A DNA stretch of 63,429 nt, filler included, from Sphacelaria rigidula (GCA_964200075.2; 6 parts of 6 records of this genome joined end to end with filler, not necessarily neighbours in it), one strand, 5' to 3'; shown: positions 11,073-24,738, counted from the whole stretch's first letter. The notes: generated by a model not told the origin, from the letters alone. Numbers and translations: made by a program.

Positions 11073-12705
11073 GAGATCCACACGATCAAGGAGCAGCTTT
11101 CGGATGAGCCTTTGCAAGGAAGAGACATGCCTAACGGGACAGTTGCGCCCTACGGACAGCGGACAAGAGTGACCCCGGAGCGATTGGCGTTCGTCATCCG
11201 AGAACAGTGGAAGACTTTTAACCAGGTTCCATACCATACAGTTTCCTTCAGTTGTTTTTTGTTTCGTCTTGATGACAGTATACTCGCACTGGAGACCGAC
11301 CACCATGAGGAACGTGTCCGTGCTCACGTTGTTGAGTCTTAGTGGATGTGGATGAGACCGGGTAAGCTAGCAAGCTGCGTCATAGCGGGGAAAATATTCG
11401 CGGAGGAAGTTGCTCAGGAGATCGAATTTATATAGCCTCGCGAACGTCGGAAACGAGCTTTCCACAGATTTGTGTTCTTTTCGAAGTACGTCGTGCATCC
11501 GGCAACGAAGCCGCCCACGATTCCTCAAATGATTTGATTGATTGATACGGCCGTGGTCACATAAAAGACGTACCCAAGACAAAACAAGACTGAAAACACT
11601 CGCCGAAGAAAAAGAAGAAACAGGAAAAGTCGAACAGAACGACATGGTAGACTAAGACGGGAAAATAAATCCACGCAATTTTCCGATATTGTTTCGATTC
11701 AGCGGCATGTCGACTGTAGGACTACCGCATTGGGCAGTGCCTGCCCTCACCCCGAACATATGCCCTTCGTGGTTCAGTTCAGAACCCTCGCTTCACGCGC
11801 CGCTGTGATCCGCGAAAAATGGACGGCTGGCTCGCGTCACGTCATGTGACAAACCCGTCTTTCCTACACTACAAAACCTTGATGAAAATGCGCATGCTGT
11901 ATTTTGGGACAATTCCTCTCCTCGAATGAAACAGATTGCCGGCCACGCGGCATCAGCGCACGAGCGAATCGAGGCTCTCCGACAGCGCTACAAGCACCAC
12001 TTCAAGGACGATCCCTTTGAGGCGGCAGAACGCCAGGAGCGCGCCGCGCAGCGTCGCCTGGAAAAACAAATGCGCGACCAAGCTCCGCCACAGGCCGCCC
12101 CGGCCCCCGTACCCGCCGCCGCCCCCGCCGCCGCCGCGCCGTCCACAGGATTTGGCACCTTCGGGGCGGCCACATCCGCACCCGCCGCCACCGGGTTTGG
12201 TGGGTTTGGAGCGCCGGCACCGGCACCTGCCGCCACTACTGGTTTTGGAGGGTTCGGAGCTCCGGCGCCGGCACCGGCTGCTTCTACTGGTTTTGGAGGG
12301 TTTGGAGCGCCGGCACCGGCACCGGCCACTTCTACCGGGTTTGGAGGGTTCGGGGCGCCGGCACCGGCACCTGCCGCTACTACCGGTTTCGGAGGGTTCG
12401 GAGCACCGGCGCCGGCACCTGCGGCTACTACCGGATTTGGAGGGTTCGGGGTACCGGCGCCTGCGCCTGCGACGGCCACTGGTTTTGGTGGGTTCGGTGC
12501 GCCGGCACCCGCCCCGGGGGCTGCGGGAGTTACGTTTGGGGCGACCACGACGTTTGGCGCGCCGGCACCCGCAGCGCCGGCGCCGGCGGTTAGTGGGTTT
12601 GGCGGGTTTGCGGCGCCGGCCCCGGCGCCTGCAGCTACGAGCAGCAGTACCACGACGTCGACGGGGAAGAAGAAGAACAAGAGTCGGAGTAGGAGGGGGT
12701 ACTGA
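11073..12705 (+). CDS. NUP58: Nucleoporin Nup58/Nup45 (NUPL1/Nup49 family), last two exons; 5' part off-contig
   Basis: Exons 11073-11225 (EIHTIKEQL...LAFVIREQWKTFNQ) and 11935-12705 joined by a phase-0 GT-AG intron. IAGHAASAHERIEALRQRY...DPFEAAERQE matches the Nup58 C-terminal helix (plant-type DPFLEADRRE). It is followed by 48-bp GFGGFGAPAPAPAATT FG repeats and a basic tail KKKNKSRSRRGY. Confidence 0.85.
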
Positions 12706-15041
12706 GTTTGTCGTGGGTTCACAAAAGAGCTTGCAGCGAAATGTTTGATACGTGCTTCATGTGTCTTGTGTTCGTGGTTTATGTTTACAGTTTAGCAAGG
12801 GCGTCGTGAATGGAGGTGAAGACGAGGGGCGTTCCTTTGCGTGGAGATCAGATACCAAGTTGGTGTTTTGTGAGTGTTGTTACTAGCTATGTAGTGATGA
12901 GAGTGTTCATGGCTGGAGTCTGCCTCTTCATTATCTTGTTTCCGGACTTGTGTGGTGAGGGACAAGAAGGATTGTGCCGATCGCGTGTCTGACTTTGGGA
13001 TGGAGCGGAAGTTTGCTTGTGGGTGAGACGCATGATTTTTGAAGAGTACGCAAATCCAATTGGCGAATTGGCGGCACCGATCAAACTCGAATACGTGCAG
13101 AAATCGACAGGTTGTCTCGCAAACCAGTGACATGGCACCTGGTATCCATTATTCATTGTTACGTGAAGGCACGGGAGCATGTACTCTATAGTAAATTGAA
13201 CAGGGTGGGTGTTAGGTTCCCGAATTTTAGCGTTACTTGTTTTCCGCGCCGTCATGACCCACGTGGTGTTGGCCCAGCAGAAACGCTGCTGCTGCTGTCG
13301 CTTTTGCAGGGCCGAGCGTATGGTTACATCACCAAGTTCCATTTCGTTTTTAATACCCACGACTTCGATTGTCAGTTCGTCCTGGAGGTCAGGGTGCCCT
13401 TCTATTGACAACACCCTGAGCGATCACCTGGACGAGCACCTCGAGGACATCAGGGTCATATGCACATGCTCATGCAGTGCAGTCTGTGTGTACAGTCTCG
13501 GGAGTTATTTGTCCTTGCGCTAGATTTCATGAACCCACCACGACCGGTGACAGAAGCTTCTGACAAGTTCACGTCGTTTGCCCATTGTTGCAGGTGATAA
13601 CAAGAGGATAAATAGGACGCGAAACCGTTCCCACTGTTGACCCCGATACCCAAGGCTATGTTCCGAGAGTCCATTCACGCAGTTCCGCCGACATTCGGAG
13701 GTCATTGTTATTGCGTTGATATTAATTCGATGGCTTCCGACACCAAAGGGTATGCTAGAGTCATACCCTTTGTCCGACACCATCAGTTCCATGGTGGGCG
13801 GGATGATTGAAGTTTCTGGGGGATCTGTTCGAAGACCGTTTGCTCGCCGGGGTTGGGGCTACTACCAACGCCCCTCTGCACGTTTCTTCCACGCCTTTTC
13901 GTCAGCTCTGTATTTGCATCCTTGGTACTTTCGGGGTAACACAGTTGTACATACTTTGCGGTTGCACAGCGTGTCTACCGTCTATTCACGGCGTCGAAAC
14001 CAAGTGTGGCCAAGGGTAATCCGAGCGGGGATATACATGAAAGTATAAAAATACCAATGAGCAACCGATGAAGACTACCGAAATGATGACATTTTCATCC
14101 TCGTCCCGGCCCACGTTCGACCCATTTAGAATTTCTGGAAAACATGGATGGTGCGTCTGGAAAGCATTTTTCTCAAGCTGGGAACCCGCATCCCTCCTCC
14201 CCCTCTCCTTCGAGCCCGGAACTTGTCATCCGGTCGTACTTTCTGGTCCGAAGCTTGCGGTGAAAGCGTTCAGGGCGAACTATTAATGACGCATATTAAT
14301 ACATCCAAGGTCGACATGTCACTTCGAGTGAAGGTGAGAGAAAATGACGCCGGTTCAGCACATGTATGTCAGCTGTTTGACAGGTTGGTGCAGTGAGGCG
14401 AAATATCTGTGGAGCACGTCTATCAATCGGAGACTGGAAAGTGAGCGAACTCGGAAGACCACGGTACATGGGGCTTCAACTCTCCCGCCCGCGGAGAACG
14501 TGCATGGAACCTCGTAGAAACGCCCAACAGGGTTTCTCGAACCGTTGTAACCCTTTGAACGCTATGACGTATCATTTGTCGTGTCAATCTAGCGTCATTC
14601 TCACTCAAAAATTGAGTCCAAGACCCAGATGACTCGCCCTGACGGTCATTGGGTCAAACATTCGAAGCGAACACTTGTCACGCTGCTGCAGCGATGCAGT
14701 GATGAAGCGCCGATCGGTATGGTAACAAGAAACAAAAAGGTCGACTCTCGCCTGAAGTACGACCATCACTGAATGCCAGAGGCTCGGCATTGACTCACAG
14801 TTATTCCCCAGAATTGCGGCTCATGGCCCCTGGGAACGAACAAAACGTTCTCGCTAGAGCGAAAGTGTTGGTACAACCATACTGAGCTAGGGAGCGAAAA
14901 GTGACTGCGACAGCGAAAGTCGAGCGGTACACCACAGCTAAACAATTTTGTCCTGGTGAGGGCCTCCGTCACATTTACGCACATTTTACACGAGCCAACT
15001 ACACACGAAAAAATGAAGTATCAATACCCGACACGCGTTCC

Positions 15042-15079
<38 letters not shown>

Positions 15080-15666
15080 AGCCACCACAAGCGAACGAGA
15101 AAAAGAAAACGAGGGAGAGAGAAGAANNNNNNNNNNCCATTTACGCCCCTTTTCCACCACCCAACCACACCAAAAAAAATAAAGTATCAACACCCGACCC
15201 CCCTTCCCCCCCCCCCCCCCCCTGCCGAGCCCTCCAAATGGACGAATAAAAATTGCCAAGGGCACATATAGAGCGATGAAAGGAAGGACAAGCGCTCCCT
15301 TTTTTGCTACTCCCAAAATAACCCCGACACCATTTTGAAAGCCCACCGAAGTGGAAGTGACCTCTCCAAAGCGATGGTGCGTGATCGAATAAGCTAGCAG
15401 TTGTGGAATGAACCACACGCCGCACACGATGTGGATACAAAATCTACGCACATCAGATCCGAGTATAGTGGGACTCAACAGCCACTGCTCGTGGCTATGC
15501 TTGTAAACATAACCCACGCCACGTTTCAGGTTCTTGTTTGTCACTCAACAGAGCAAGGTACATGCACCTATTTTTTTCCCCATCCCATTTGTTCACTCCA
15601 TTCGCTTGAGGTACAGGAACACAACAAGGGAGTATCAGATGTTTCAACAAAAATTACACGGAAGCC

Positions 15667-18600
15667 TTAAATTGACTTGGGCATGTCGCGCGACTTGAGC
15701 CCCTCCGGCACGACGTACACGATGTGACAGACTTCGTGCACCAGGAGATCCGAAACAGTCTTCTTGTTGGTGTTGTAGGAACGTCTGTGGAGTAGCAACG
15801 AGCAGAGCAAAGAGCAAACACCACACGTGAAGAAAAAAAAAAATCACATGAGGTTTGAAAGTTCAGGCTAATGCGTGGAAATAATGAAATATACGATGAT
15901 TCACCAGATGCTCAATCGTAGAATGTGGGCAAAGAACTAATTTGGCACTGAAGTATTTCCGGAGGTGTTGACTACCGCCACAGAAAACACAAGGTCCACG
16001 TTAGTAGTTCTCGTCGAAAATAAAATCCATCCTTGGGGCTCTTGGCATCAACATGAGGTGAGTAAAGCTTGAAGTGACGTTGAAAGCTCATATATTTACC
16101 GTAACTTGCACACTCACGTGAGAGCTTGAATCGCCGCATCTGTTTGCTGCCCCAGGGTGCTACCTTCCTTCCCTGTCGATCCCATTGACTGCGGCCACGA
16201 AAAACAAAAGCAAATAAAGGAGACAGGGAGATCTTCTCAACGGAGAATTACAACTGTTGTAAGGGCGAGAGAGGTTTTGACGTTTGTGTGATTGGACATG
16301 CACGCACTGTATTTCCAGCCTTCGGGTAGTAAGTCCCCTCGTTTGCACGAGAACTGTGACAAAATATCAGTTCAAATTCAGCATAAGGATCGCATTTGTT
16401 TGCACAGCAAGATAGCTTCCCTTCCCCCCCCCAACCGTATCGTGTGATGAACGTTTCGAACGTGAGACATCACCATGACCACAGACCATTGACGTCGTAC
16501 TGAACAACAAACTCGGGGTGGACTCAAGAGGCGCACGAGCCTCCACCCCCGCCCGCCCGCCCGCCCTTCCCCTCTCTTCCTTTCGAGGGTTGGCGTCGGT
16601 TGACAACCACGCTTGAAAAGACGCCCCTTAATACAGAAGCTAGGCAACCAGGTTGCCATTTAGTTGTTCGCGTTTTTGTGCGGTAACCATTATGGTGACT
16701 GGGCTAGGTCATACTGTGCGGAGTGGAGACTGTCACCCGGGAGCAAGGGGGGTTATAGTACGACGTAGTCTTGAAATGGTGAGACACCCATGAGGCAGTG
16801 TAACCCGTGGCTGTCTCCGGTGGTGGCGATACCAGAAAATGTAGCAACTCATTGAAGGCTGTCGTCCATATGTAAGATAATCAGTACGCTCGGGCCGGAC
16901 ACATCACGGCGCTTCGCGCTTGGTGATTGCGAGCCTGGTGCGGAGAACACCTGACGTGCTCCATCCCGGCTTTGGAGGGATGCGAGGTCAACGGTCTCGT
17001 GACTACGGCATGTAAGATCATGAGTACACCCCCCTTTCCTCTTCCGAGGCCCTCGATAACGACAAAACCATGAAAAGTCCCACAGGAATCCTTGGTATAG
17101 TGCCCATCGCCACTGCCTGTGACATCTCCGTGTATCCCGCTCAAAAAGGGTGTTTCTCTTTCCCCTTCGGCCTTACCCAAAATGAGCTTTTCCAAAAATC
17201 GTGAGAGTGGGTACTAATTGGCCTGGTGTTGGGAGAATCCTTGGCGGACTATCAAGTTCGAGGGCAGATATCATATTTGAAGGTCTGAAACAAGTCGGTT
17301 TTTGTGCCATGTATGTAGAGTATGGCCGGGATATGCGTACCTTCTGCATGCTAGCCTGGTATGCGGCTTCCTTGTCTGCCCGGTACGCGTTGCACAGCTC
17401 TTCTGCCTCCTTCTTGGCTTCCCTCATACGCTTTGTTCGTGCTGGAATATGGCACACGAATTGACACATACGGAGACAGATTAGCGAAACATGAAAAAGT
17501 GCAAGGCACATCATTTTTATCGTCACCGGCAACCGACGTGGAAGCTGAACACGGATCTGTTGACACGACGGTTCATCTTATATTTGGCAACAACTGGTAT
17601 TACCGTGTTGCCCCTCGGTGACACGGAGAAATTTACAAGGGTCAGCGCAAGCGACTGGCGAGTTTGACGACTACCATGCCGGGACCATGGTGACCGATAT
17701 TCCGTGGGCATGCCTCCAGCTCTGTAGGAACGTCCTAGAGAAAAAGCTCTCGATATATTGGAAATATTCGCACACGAAACAACGGAAGCCTCGAGTGCCC
17801 GTGTTTCAAACTGTGAAGATCAACTCATTGTCTGCATGGTGCTTCTGTATACAGCACCTTCGGGCACGGGCCATCGTCTTGTAGGGAATCGGCGACTGAA
17901 CAAACCATGTGCACAACGAGTGCTCGGGACAGGCTTGCCGTGCCATCAACATTGTACACATCGTAAGTTAGACTTCATGGCCGCTCGATTCTAAAGCCTT
18001 CAAGCTGGATAATAACGTGATCTTGATGAAAGGAATGACACGAAAAAATGGTATGCAGAGATAACAGGTGAAGGTAACTTCAGACGAGGCCCATTATTGC
18101 TATCTCAGCGTATCGGGATGCAACTCCTTCAACTCTTTCAACTCTTCTGCTGCTGAGGCTTTCAAGGTAAAAGACGTCATGGGATCTGGGTATATACGGT
18201 CCAAAAAACGAAACTACGAATATGCCCTTCATGGGCAACTCGGCAGCACGTTAAAGAGGGGTTCATTTCACCGCTGGAGAGGGCTAGTTCAGCTTTGTGC
18301 ACGATTCTGTTGAGGGATATGGTAATACACCATAATGGGCTTTTCGAGCCTAACGTACAGGCGCTGTCATGAACTGTGCTGCTGTAGTGGACGCCGGTGA
18401 AGCTCTGTTGACTCCGGGGTGCAGCTGTTGAGCTTGGGTTGCAACACGGCTAAACTCGAAACGCTCGCGACGTCATTTAACACCTGATACTGAGTACCAA
18501 CATCATAGGCATTGCACGAACACGTCTACACAGCGCACTCAAAACTGAACGCCAAGTGCTTGGACAAGCTGCATGTTTCTCCAAAAAAGGCAGATATGCA

Positions 18601-19328
18601 GGTCAGAAGTGCATTCAGTCTGCTCTGCAGATTTGGTGTCTGCACTATCGGGAGGTCGTGAGGGGTCCTCGAGTTTGGGTCACGCAAGCACCGGCACTTG
18701 GGGCCCTTTCGACCGTACTGGGTGTGATCAGGACTACGGGTCCCATGCCGTAGCAGCGTCGCCCGAACAAAAGAGCAAACAATCGGTTCGAGAGGAAAGC
18801 ATGCTTTCATAATCCTGGAGCAAAGGTGCGGTTTTCAACTGTCGCATAGTCTCATGTGGGTTCGTTAGCAGAGCCAGGGCCTAAAAAGAGCTCCGATTTT
18901 TTTTCAAGGACAAGGTACGATAAAACTTTGCCGGTGTAACTCTTGCCTTTGTACTGCACAGCGTTGAGGTAATCAGAACTCACCCCAACGTTGGCGTTTC
19001 AACAGCCCCGTTCGCACGTACCCCGACTTGATTGTGAACCTCAACACCATTCGGTGCATCGTCGCATGGATATGCAGTAGCCTGGCATACCCTGCTCTAC
19101 TCAGCATCTAGATTGGGGTGTCACTTGACAGTGCTTGGGTGTGTGGGCGTGCACCCAAATGGAACAGAGAGCTCCGAGTAGACAGCCCCCAAAACAGGTT
19201 GCCTTGCCAAATAGCGGCCTTCTATCGTGTCATTTACAAATGTTCATGTACTCACCTGCCCTGGCATCGGTTACAATAGCGGAAGCACGATTCTCCGCCG
19301 CGATAAGCTCCTGGATTTGGTGAGACAT
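15667..19328 (-). CDS. ATP6V1G: V-type proton ATPase subunit G, complete 4-exon gene (120 aa)
   Basis: Exons 19328-19256, 17441-17341, 16188-16118 and 15784-15667, all GT-AG with consistent phases, 363 nt in total. Protein: MSHQIQELIAAENRASAIVTDARAARTKRMREAKKEAEELCNAYRADKEAAYQASMQK...RSYNTNKKTVSDLLVHEV..., a typical Vma10/subunit G signature. Confidence 0.93.
16587..17035 (+). mobile_element. Dispersed SINE-like retroposon (here 'family C'), ends ATGAGTACACCCCC
   Basis: Alignable by eye with copies at ~25172-25690(+), ~34135-34280(+), ~34440-34715(+), ~32215-32310(-), ~38850-39040(-), ~41436-41940(-) and ~53005-53125(-). Confidence 0.85.
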
Positions 19329-21078
19329 GGCTATGCGATAAGTTGGTTGCGCTGGCTATCAGGTGCTGATGGACTGTTCTCTGTCCCGACTCGCCCGTGC
19401 TTCCCAAGAGTGGAAGGGTAAAGTACGCGTTCAACTATTGCCATAATTTATTAAATGTTTCATATAAAAAGTCGTTTTCCGAGAACAATCTGTTTTAGGG
19501 CCGGTCACAGCGAGGGGCACAGCTATTGTGTGAGCCATGGTGTGCCTCTGCTGGTTGACTGATGTGGCCGTGCGTCTCCTCGCCATCCCTACAGTAGTGT
19601 GGCTTGTCACTTACCTTGGTGAGAGTAGTAAGGGAAGAAAATATACTGGTACAGTATGGCGGGTAGTGTGTACTGTCCCATACGGTACTGCTGTGTAAGG
19701 ACAGCACGGTGCGGCACTGTTGCTGGCCGCGATTATCGAGACACGCCCTACAACACAGCCAGAGACCCGCAATTCGATTGTGCTGTTGTGCTGTGATAGA
19801 GTACTGTGTTTGCCGTAAGTTTCGGATTCCGATAAGTCTCAACTTGGATGCAAATCACGCCAGATTGCACCGCTCCCTTCAGCTTGTTCCACGACACGAT
19901 TCCACATCCGAGTTGTTCTGAAACTCTACAGCCAAGATGCACCGACAGCACCTGGGACCGACAGTACCAACAGCAACCCATCATAGCCTACGCCAGATAC
20001 GCAGAGCATTGTACCTGGTCCCCATCTCTGCTTTGTTCATCTTTTGTTCCTAGTGGTCTCTTCTTTTTTGTCTGTTTTTGTTTCGTCTGTGCTCTTCCCC
20101 CCCGCCGCCGCCGCCGGAACGAGCCTGGCTCTGTCTTCTTGTCTGTTGTACTCGTATTCCTTTTTTTCACCTTCAACTATTTTCTTTTTCCTTCATTTTT
20201 CTTTCATTTTTCTTCCATTTTTTTTTATGTTTCTCCTTTTTGTTTCTGATCACGAGCTGAAGTGTTGCAATCACCTACGTAATGCGCGATCACCATATTT
20301 TGTTGTTGTTGTTGTTGTTCGTGCTTGTGTTTGTGTTTGTCGTTATTTTGTTGTTACTGCTGTTTATTGGTGGTGGTGGTGGTGGTGGTGGTGTTTTTTG
20401 TTGTCATCGCTGCCCCCTTTCTTTCCCTTCTGAGGCCGTTGCTTCTGTTGTTTTCTGTTCCTTCCTTCTTTTTTTTTATTATTCTGTTATATTTTTGCTG
20501 CTCCTGACCACGGGCTGGATTGTTGCAATCAGCTAATGTGAGATAATCAATCAATCAATCAATCAGTTAAAATCATACAAGTAGATGGTCTAGCTAGTCT
20601 TCATATTTGAGACCACCATTGTGCACATATTCGTGTTTCGTGGGAAAATGGTGTGTCTGGCAAGACGTACAGGTACGTTGTTACCCAATACGAAGTACGT
20701 TGCTACCGAATTCTTTGGCCTGAAACCCCCTGAAGCCGTTTTTTTGCACCCCAATCAAAGGCAAATGTGCCAGAATTTCAACCGCACAGTAGCGGTCCTT
20801 TCGTTAGAAACGAGGTCGTGAGAAAACAGGCTTGTACAAGCTGGTCCAGCTTAGACGCGAATTTGTAGTATGCAGGTCACGCCTCACCCAAATTTTGAGA
20901 GTTTAACTTTCAAATTCTGTGCGGAGAATCAGTAGAACATGATAAAATCTTTTGGGCAATCGCCAAAAACCGGTATATCGACGGTATTTTGGCCAACATC
21001 CGGTATAGCTCACACACACCCTCAGAAAAGCTACTAATGCAGCCGCCTGATTGGCCACATCCCGCCGCGTGCGCATTC

Positions 21079-21178
21079 NNNNNNNNNNNNNNNNNNNNNN
21101 NNNNNNNNNNNNNNNNNNNNNNTTAATTAATTAANNNNNNNNNNNNNNNNNNNNNNNNNNNNNNNNNNNNNNNNNNNN
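21079..21178. other. Artificial contig linker
   Basis: N44-TTAATTAATTAA-N44. Confidence 0.98.
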
Positions 21179-21344
21179 TTTATTCACTGATTGACCGCTT
21201 TTCACTCTCAATCGTATCATCTACTCTCAATCTCACGAAAACAGTTAGAAGTGGAAATCCAAGGTACGAGCATAAATGAAGTGCAACAACATCAACACCA
21301 ACCTTAGTGTGTTGCTTTGGTGCGGAAATACAACGATTCCTCAC

Positions 21345-23711
21345 CTTGGCGATTAGATTGTGGAGTGGACCCGTCATCTCAGAGTTCAGGTTTCCGTTAT
21401 ACTTTTCCTGAAGGTCCTCAGTACTCATGTTCACCGCGATTTCAGCCTCGTCCTGGTGGAAAAAGTTCGAGTATATTCTGCATTCAGCCATGTCCAAAGA
21501 TCGAAACAGGGGTGCTTCCTCTTGAGCGATTTGGAGTGAGGATCGATATTTGTCCAACTTTCTAACTTGAATGGAAATATCCAGTAACATGGAGACTTTG
21601 GTGAAGCAGTACTGTTTCATCATAATTCAGAGGACAAGCGCGCAGCGCGTCGTGACGTCACCGCTCATGCAACGCTGGATATCATGGACGGTGGGTTCTC
21701 TGTGGTACTATGGTATTATAGTACATGGTATGTATAGCTTGCTGGAGCACTGGACCCCCTGAACACCGCAACTATACTCGTACTTCATCCGTAAGCACCA
21801 TGTATTAGAAGAGCCGGGATGACGCATGAAGAGCCACATTCATCAACCTGACACGCCCGACACCGCTTAGTGTACTCCAAGTCTACCCATCGTGCGGTAA
21901 CTCGACTTCAACCCCCACTCCCAAGCCCCCGATCACATGTGAAGCAGCAAGAGCCAAGCCACTGGAATAAGCTGTTACTACTGTACATGCATACTCTTGG
22001 TAGATTCTCAATAAATGAATAAAACAGTGAAAGCCACGAGTCGTCGACAGTTGACAGCTGCCCTCAGGAACGAAACCATGCATTTGTCATATTCCCAGTC
22101 CACCACGTGGCCAGTCCGTCCTTTGTTTTGCCTTTCCAAGAATGTGTAGCTCACTTATACTGAAACACTATAATTAGAAGGAACCATCAAATATCGTACG
22201 TCCATTACCATCATGGTGAGGTGCCGTTGAACGTTGAGCAGGAACGGGTAACGCAACGCATAGACACGGAACTTTCATCAACCTTCTCACCTTCGTCGTC
22301 CGCAGCACCAAGTGCTGGTACTTTTGCTGTCCCTGGCGAATGGGCTTATCCAGAGAGACCACAAACGCCACATAGCGCTCGTCTGGCTTCTCCAGCAGAA
22401 AAAGCTTGGATATGTCGTTGTATTGAATCTTGTAGTCATATCTGCGCCACACGAGGTATAGCAGGTATGATTGTATTTCCGCAGTGCAAGCGAAGATGCA
22501 ATTTCCCGCGATGCACAACGGATAGCCATGTATCCGGTAGCATGCCTTGCATCACTGCACGACAGTAGTCTTCGTACCGTTTAGCACTTCACTGATCCCT
22601 GGTCAAACGGTTGCCGCACTCAACACCCGTTGCCTCCGGTGCTTCGCAAAGTCATGGAAAGTCAAAAGTGTCCACCAGGTTGGGAGCCGTTTGCAAGTCC
22701 ACTGTTACAAAGCGAACATAACAATTGCGATGCAACTTCATCCCGTTGCCCGTCTTCGGAGGCAACGTCTGTGCGAAGTCACACTGCGTACCAAGTCACA
22801 GTCCCCACGAAGGTCATTTCACCACTTTCTGTAGTCCATGAAGCAGCAACACACCTTGATCCGTGCATCCGCATGAAGTGGCTGTACATTTCGATCGAGT
22901 ATCGTCCTCTCGGAAAGTCGAATGTACCCTGGTTTTCGTTGAACTCCACCAGCACTTTCCCCTTCACGTCGTGAATGTTGGCACGCTCCATTACCTGCGG
23001 GAAGATTTTAGTTTTAACGGAACAAAGGTCACGGTGCAGCTTTTCTTGATGACCCATCACAGCCTCATCGCTCATTTTGGAATGCACTACATCCATCGCG
23101 TCGAACTATGATGGCGTGAGTGTCGGGACAAGCAGCCGAACACTGTGTACTGCACACTCAAAAAAAAGGGCCATCACAACACCAAGTACAACCAAACTTA
23201 ATAAGTGGAAGTCATGAACACCTCACTTGACCTCCCGTTGAAGAGGCACACTTTACGGGTAGCAACAGTCGGGACAATAGAATGCACGTGCAGCTCGAAC
23301 AGATCAACAGGTTGGCGAAGGTCTTACCGCCATTTGAAGAGTCTCTGCTGGTGACGGCTCGTCCGTGTCTTCGTCCTTCTCCGGTAACGTCACGCGAATT
23401 GCCACCAACGTGTCCTGCAGAAATGGCAGCGAAACTCTTTCATGAACAAAAGCAAGACTGTTGAAAAACAAGAGCGTGCTACGAGTACTCCGCTGTAGAT
23501 TCGGGGGAGCCTGTCCTGTCGGCATCCGCAATGTGAAGGAGACATGCCGAGTGAACAAAGGTCCAACCACAACAGAATTCTGCCCCCTGCAATTACCTCC
23601 GTTTGGTCTGTGGCATCGCTCTCGTGGAACTGCAACTCGACGTCGTTGCTCTTTTTCACTCCTGGCATAACGCATTGGCTGACGTCCTTGATATTGAGGT
23701 CGAACAAAGTC
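21345..23711 (-). CDS. SSRP1: FACT complex subunit SSRP1/Pob3, five internal exons (gene incomplete in this contig)
   Basis: Exons 23711-23597, 23414-23328, 22994-22855, 22441-22291 and 21452-21345 splice in frame. Motifs DVSQCV...NDVELQFHE, PRGRYSIEMYSHFMRMHG, YDYKIQYNDISKLFLL, FVVSLDKPIRQGQQKYQHLV and LQEKYNGNL...GPLHNLIAK are diagnostic of SSRP1. Confidence 0.95.
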
Positions 23712-24439
23712 CTGCGTTAAAAATCATACAGCAGTAGGAATAAAATTCATGTCATGAACCTTTCAAGAAAGGATACTGGTATACCTCGGCTTGCATCTGG
23801 ACCGAACGATTGTCAAGGCGCCCTAAAAAACTTTGCGCTTGGCTTGAATACGAGCTGGGTCGGCAGTGAATCCCCCATTCGTTTTCCACACCACAATATC
23901 TCAAGTTTTCCAAATCAGCGCGACTTGAGCATATCGCTGTGAAGTGCAGACCAACCTGGTAACACACGGCACCGCTGCTGATTAAGAAAAATAATGAAAA
24001 AAGGTACTGCATACTATATTACCTTAACGACGGACTAAAAAAATCATGTCGGGATTCGAACCTTAGACCTCCATAATTGGATTCTCCTTCATCACTTGAA
24101 CAAAACGGACGCAGCTGTGTCACACGAAAAGTGCGACGCAAAGCCCAACTTGAGGTAGATTTGGACGAAACTTCACCAGGATGTCGTTGACGCAAGTGCC
24201 CCCATGTGTTGAAGCGTTTTTGCTGAAACTTCAACTCGCTCTAACTTCCTGTTTTGTTCTGTTTTTTCTCTGCACTACTAATAGGGTTGCGCTGCTTGAT
24301 GAGAAAAATGCCGTGTCAAAATTTCAGCGCTCAACTCGAATTACCAATGGCATCTCCACTCTTCGTTAAAAAATAACGGTCAGCTGGCCCAGCTCGGAGT
24401 GTAATATCTTCATTACTATGATTTATTTATATTCTTCAT

Positions 24440-24738
24440 TTGTCGCACTTTGAACTCCTCCCCTTTCTCGGGAAAAGTCCGTGATCTCGAAGGATCAACC
24501 CATCTCTCCCCGGTACACGCCTTGCATTTTGGACTCGCGGATTGGGTCGGCACTCTCGCGCCACGTCAACTCATGTCATACAAACTCAGCGAACTGCTTT
24601 GTTTACTCACGCTTTCACGCTTTCCACGGTGGAGATGAGGTACTACGAAGATAAAATCTAACGTATCGGGCCTCGAACCCTCGTTTTCTCCACCCTTACG
24701 GCAACAGCCGATACATTACACCACCGGGGCGCGGCGGC
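24440..24738 (-). mobile_element. tRNA-derived SINE ('family B')
   Basis: Minus-strand head GCCGCCGCGCCCCGGTGGTGTAATG...GGGTTCGAGGCCC (Pol III A/B-box-like). The body aligns with 54800-55124. The 3' tail GGGAGAGATGGGTTGATCC...TTCAAAGTGCGACAA is also at ~39328-39413, ~10785-10868, ~42890-42958 and ~52240-52310. Confidence 0.75.

Noticed and set aside
11936..12748. Long overlapping and antisense ORFs over Nup58
   Set aside because: They are shadows of a GC-rich coding repeat.
15005..15225. Duplicated poly(C)-flanked segments around the 10-N gap (similar case at ~35780-35960)
   Set aside because: Probably low-quality overlapping contig ends at homopolymers.
20044..20565. Hydrophobic 'membrane protein' ORFs (also 42356-42667, 47800-48419, 52530-52841)
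   Set aside because: Translations of T-rich and trinucleotide microsatellites.
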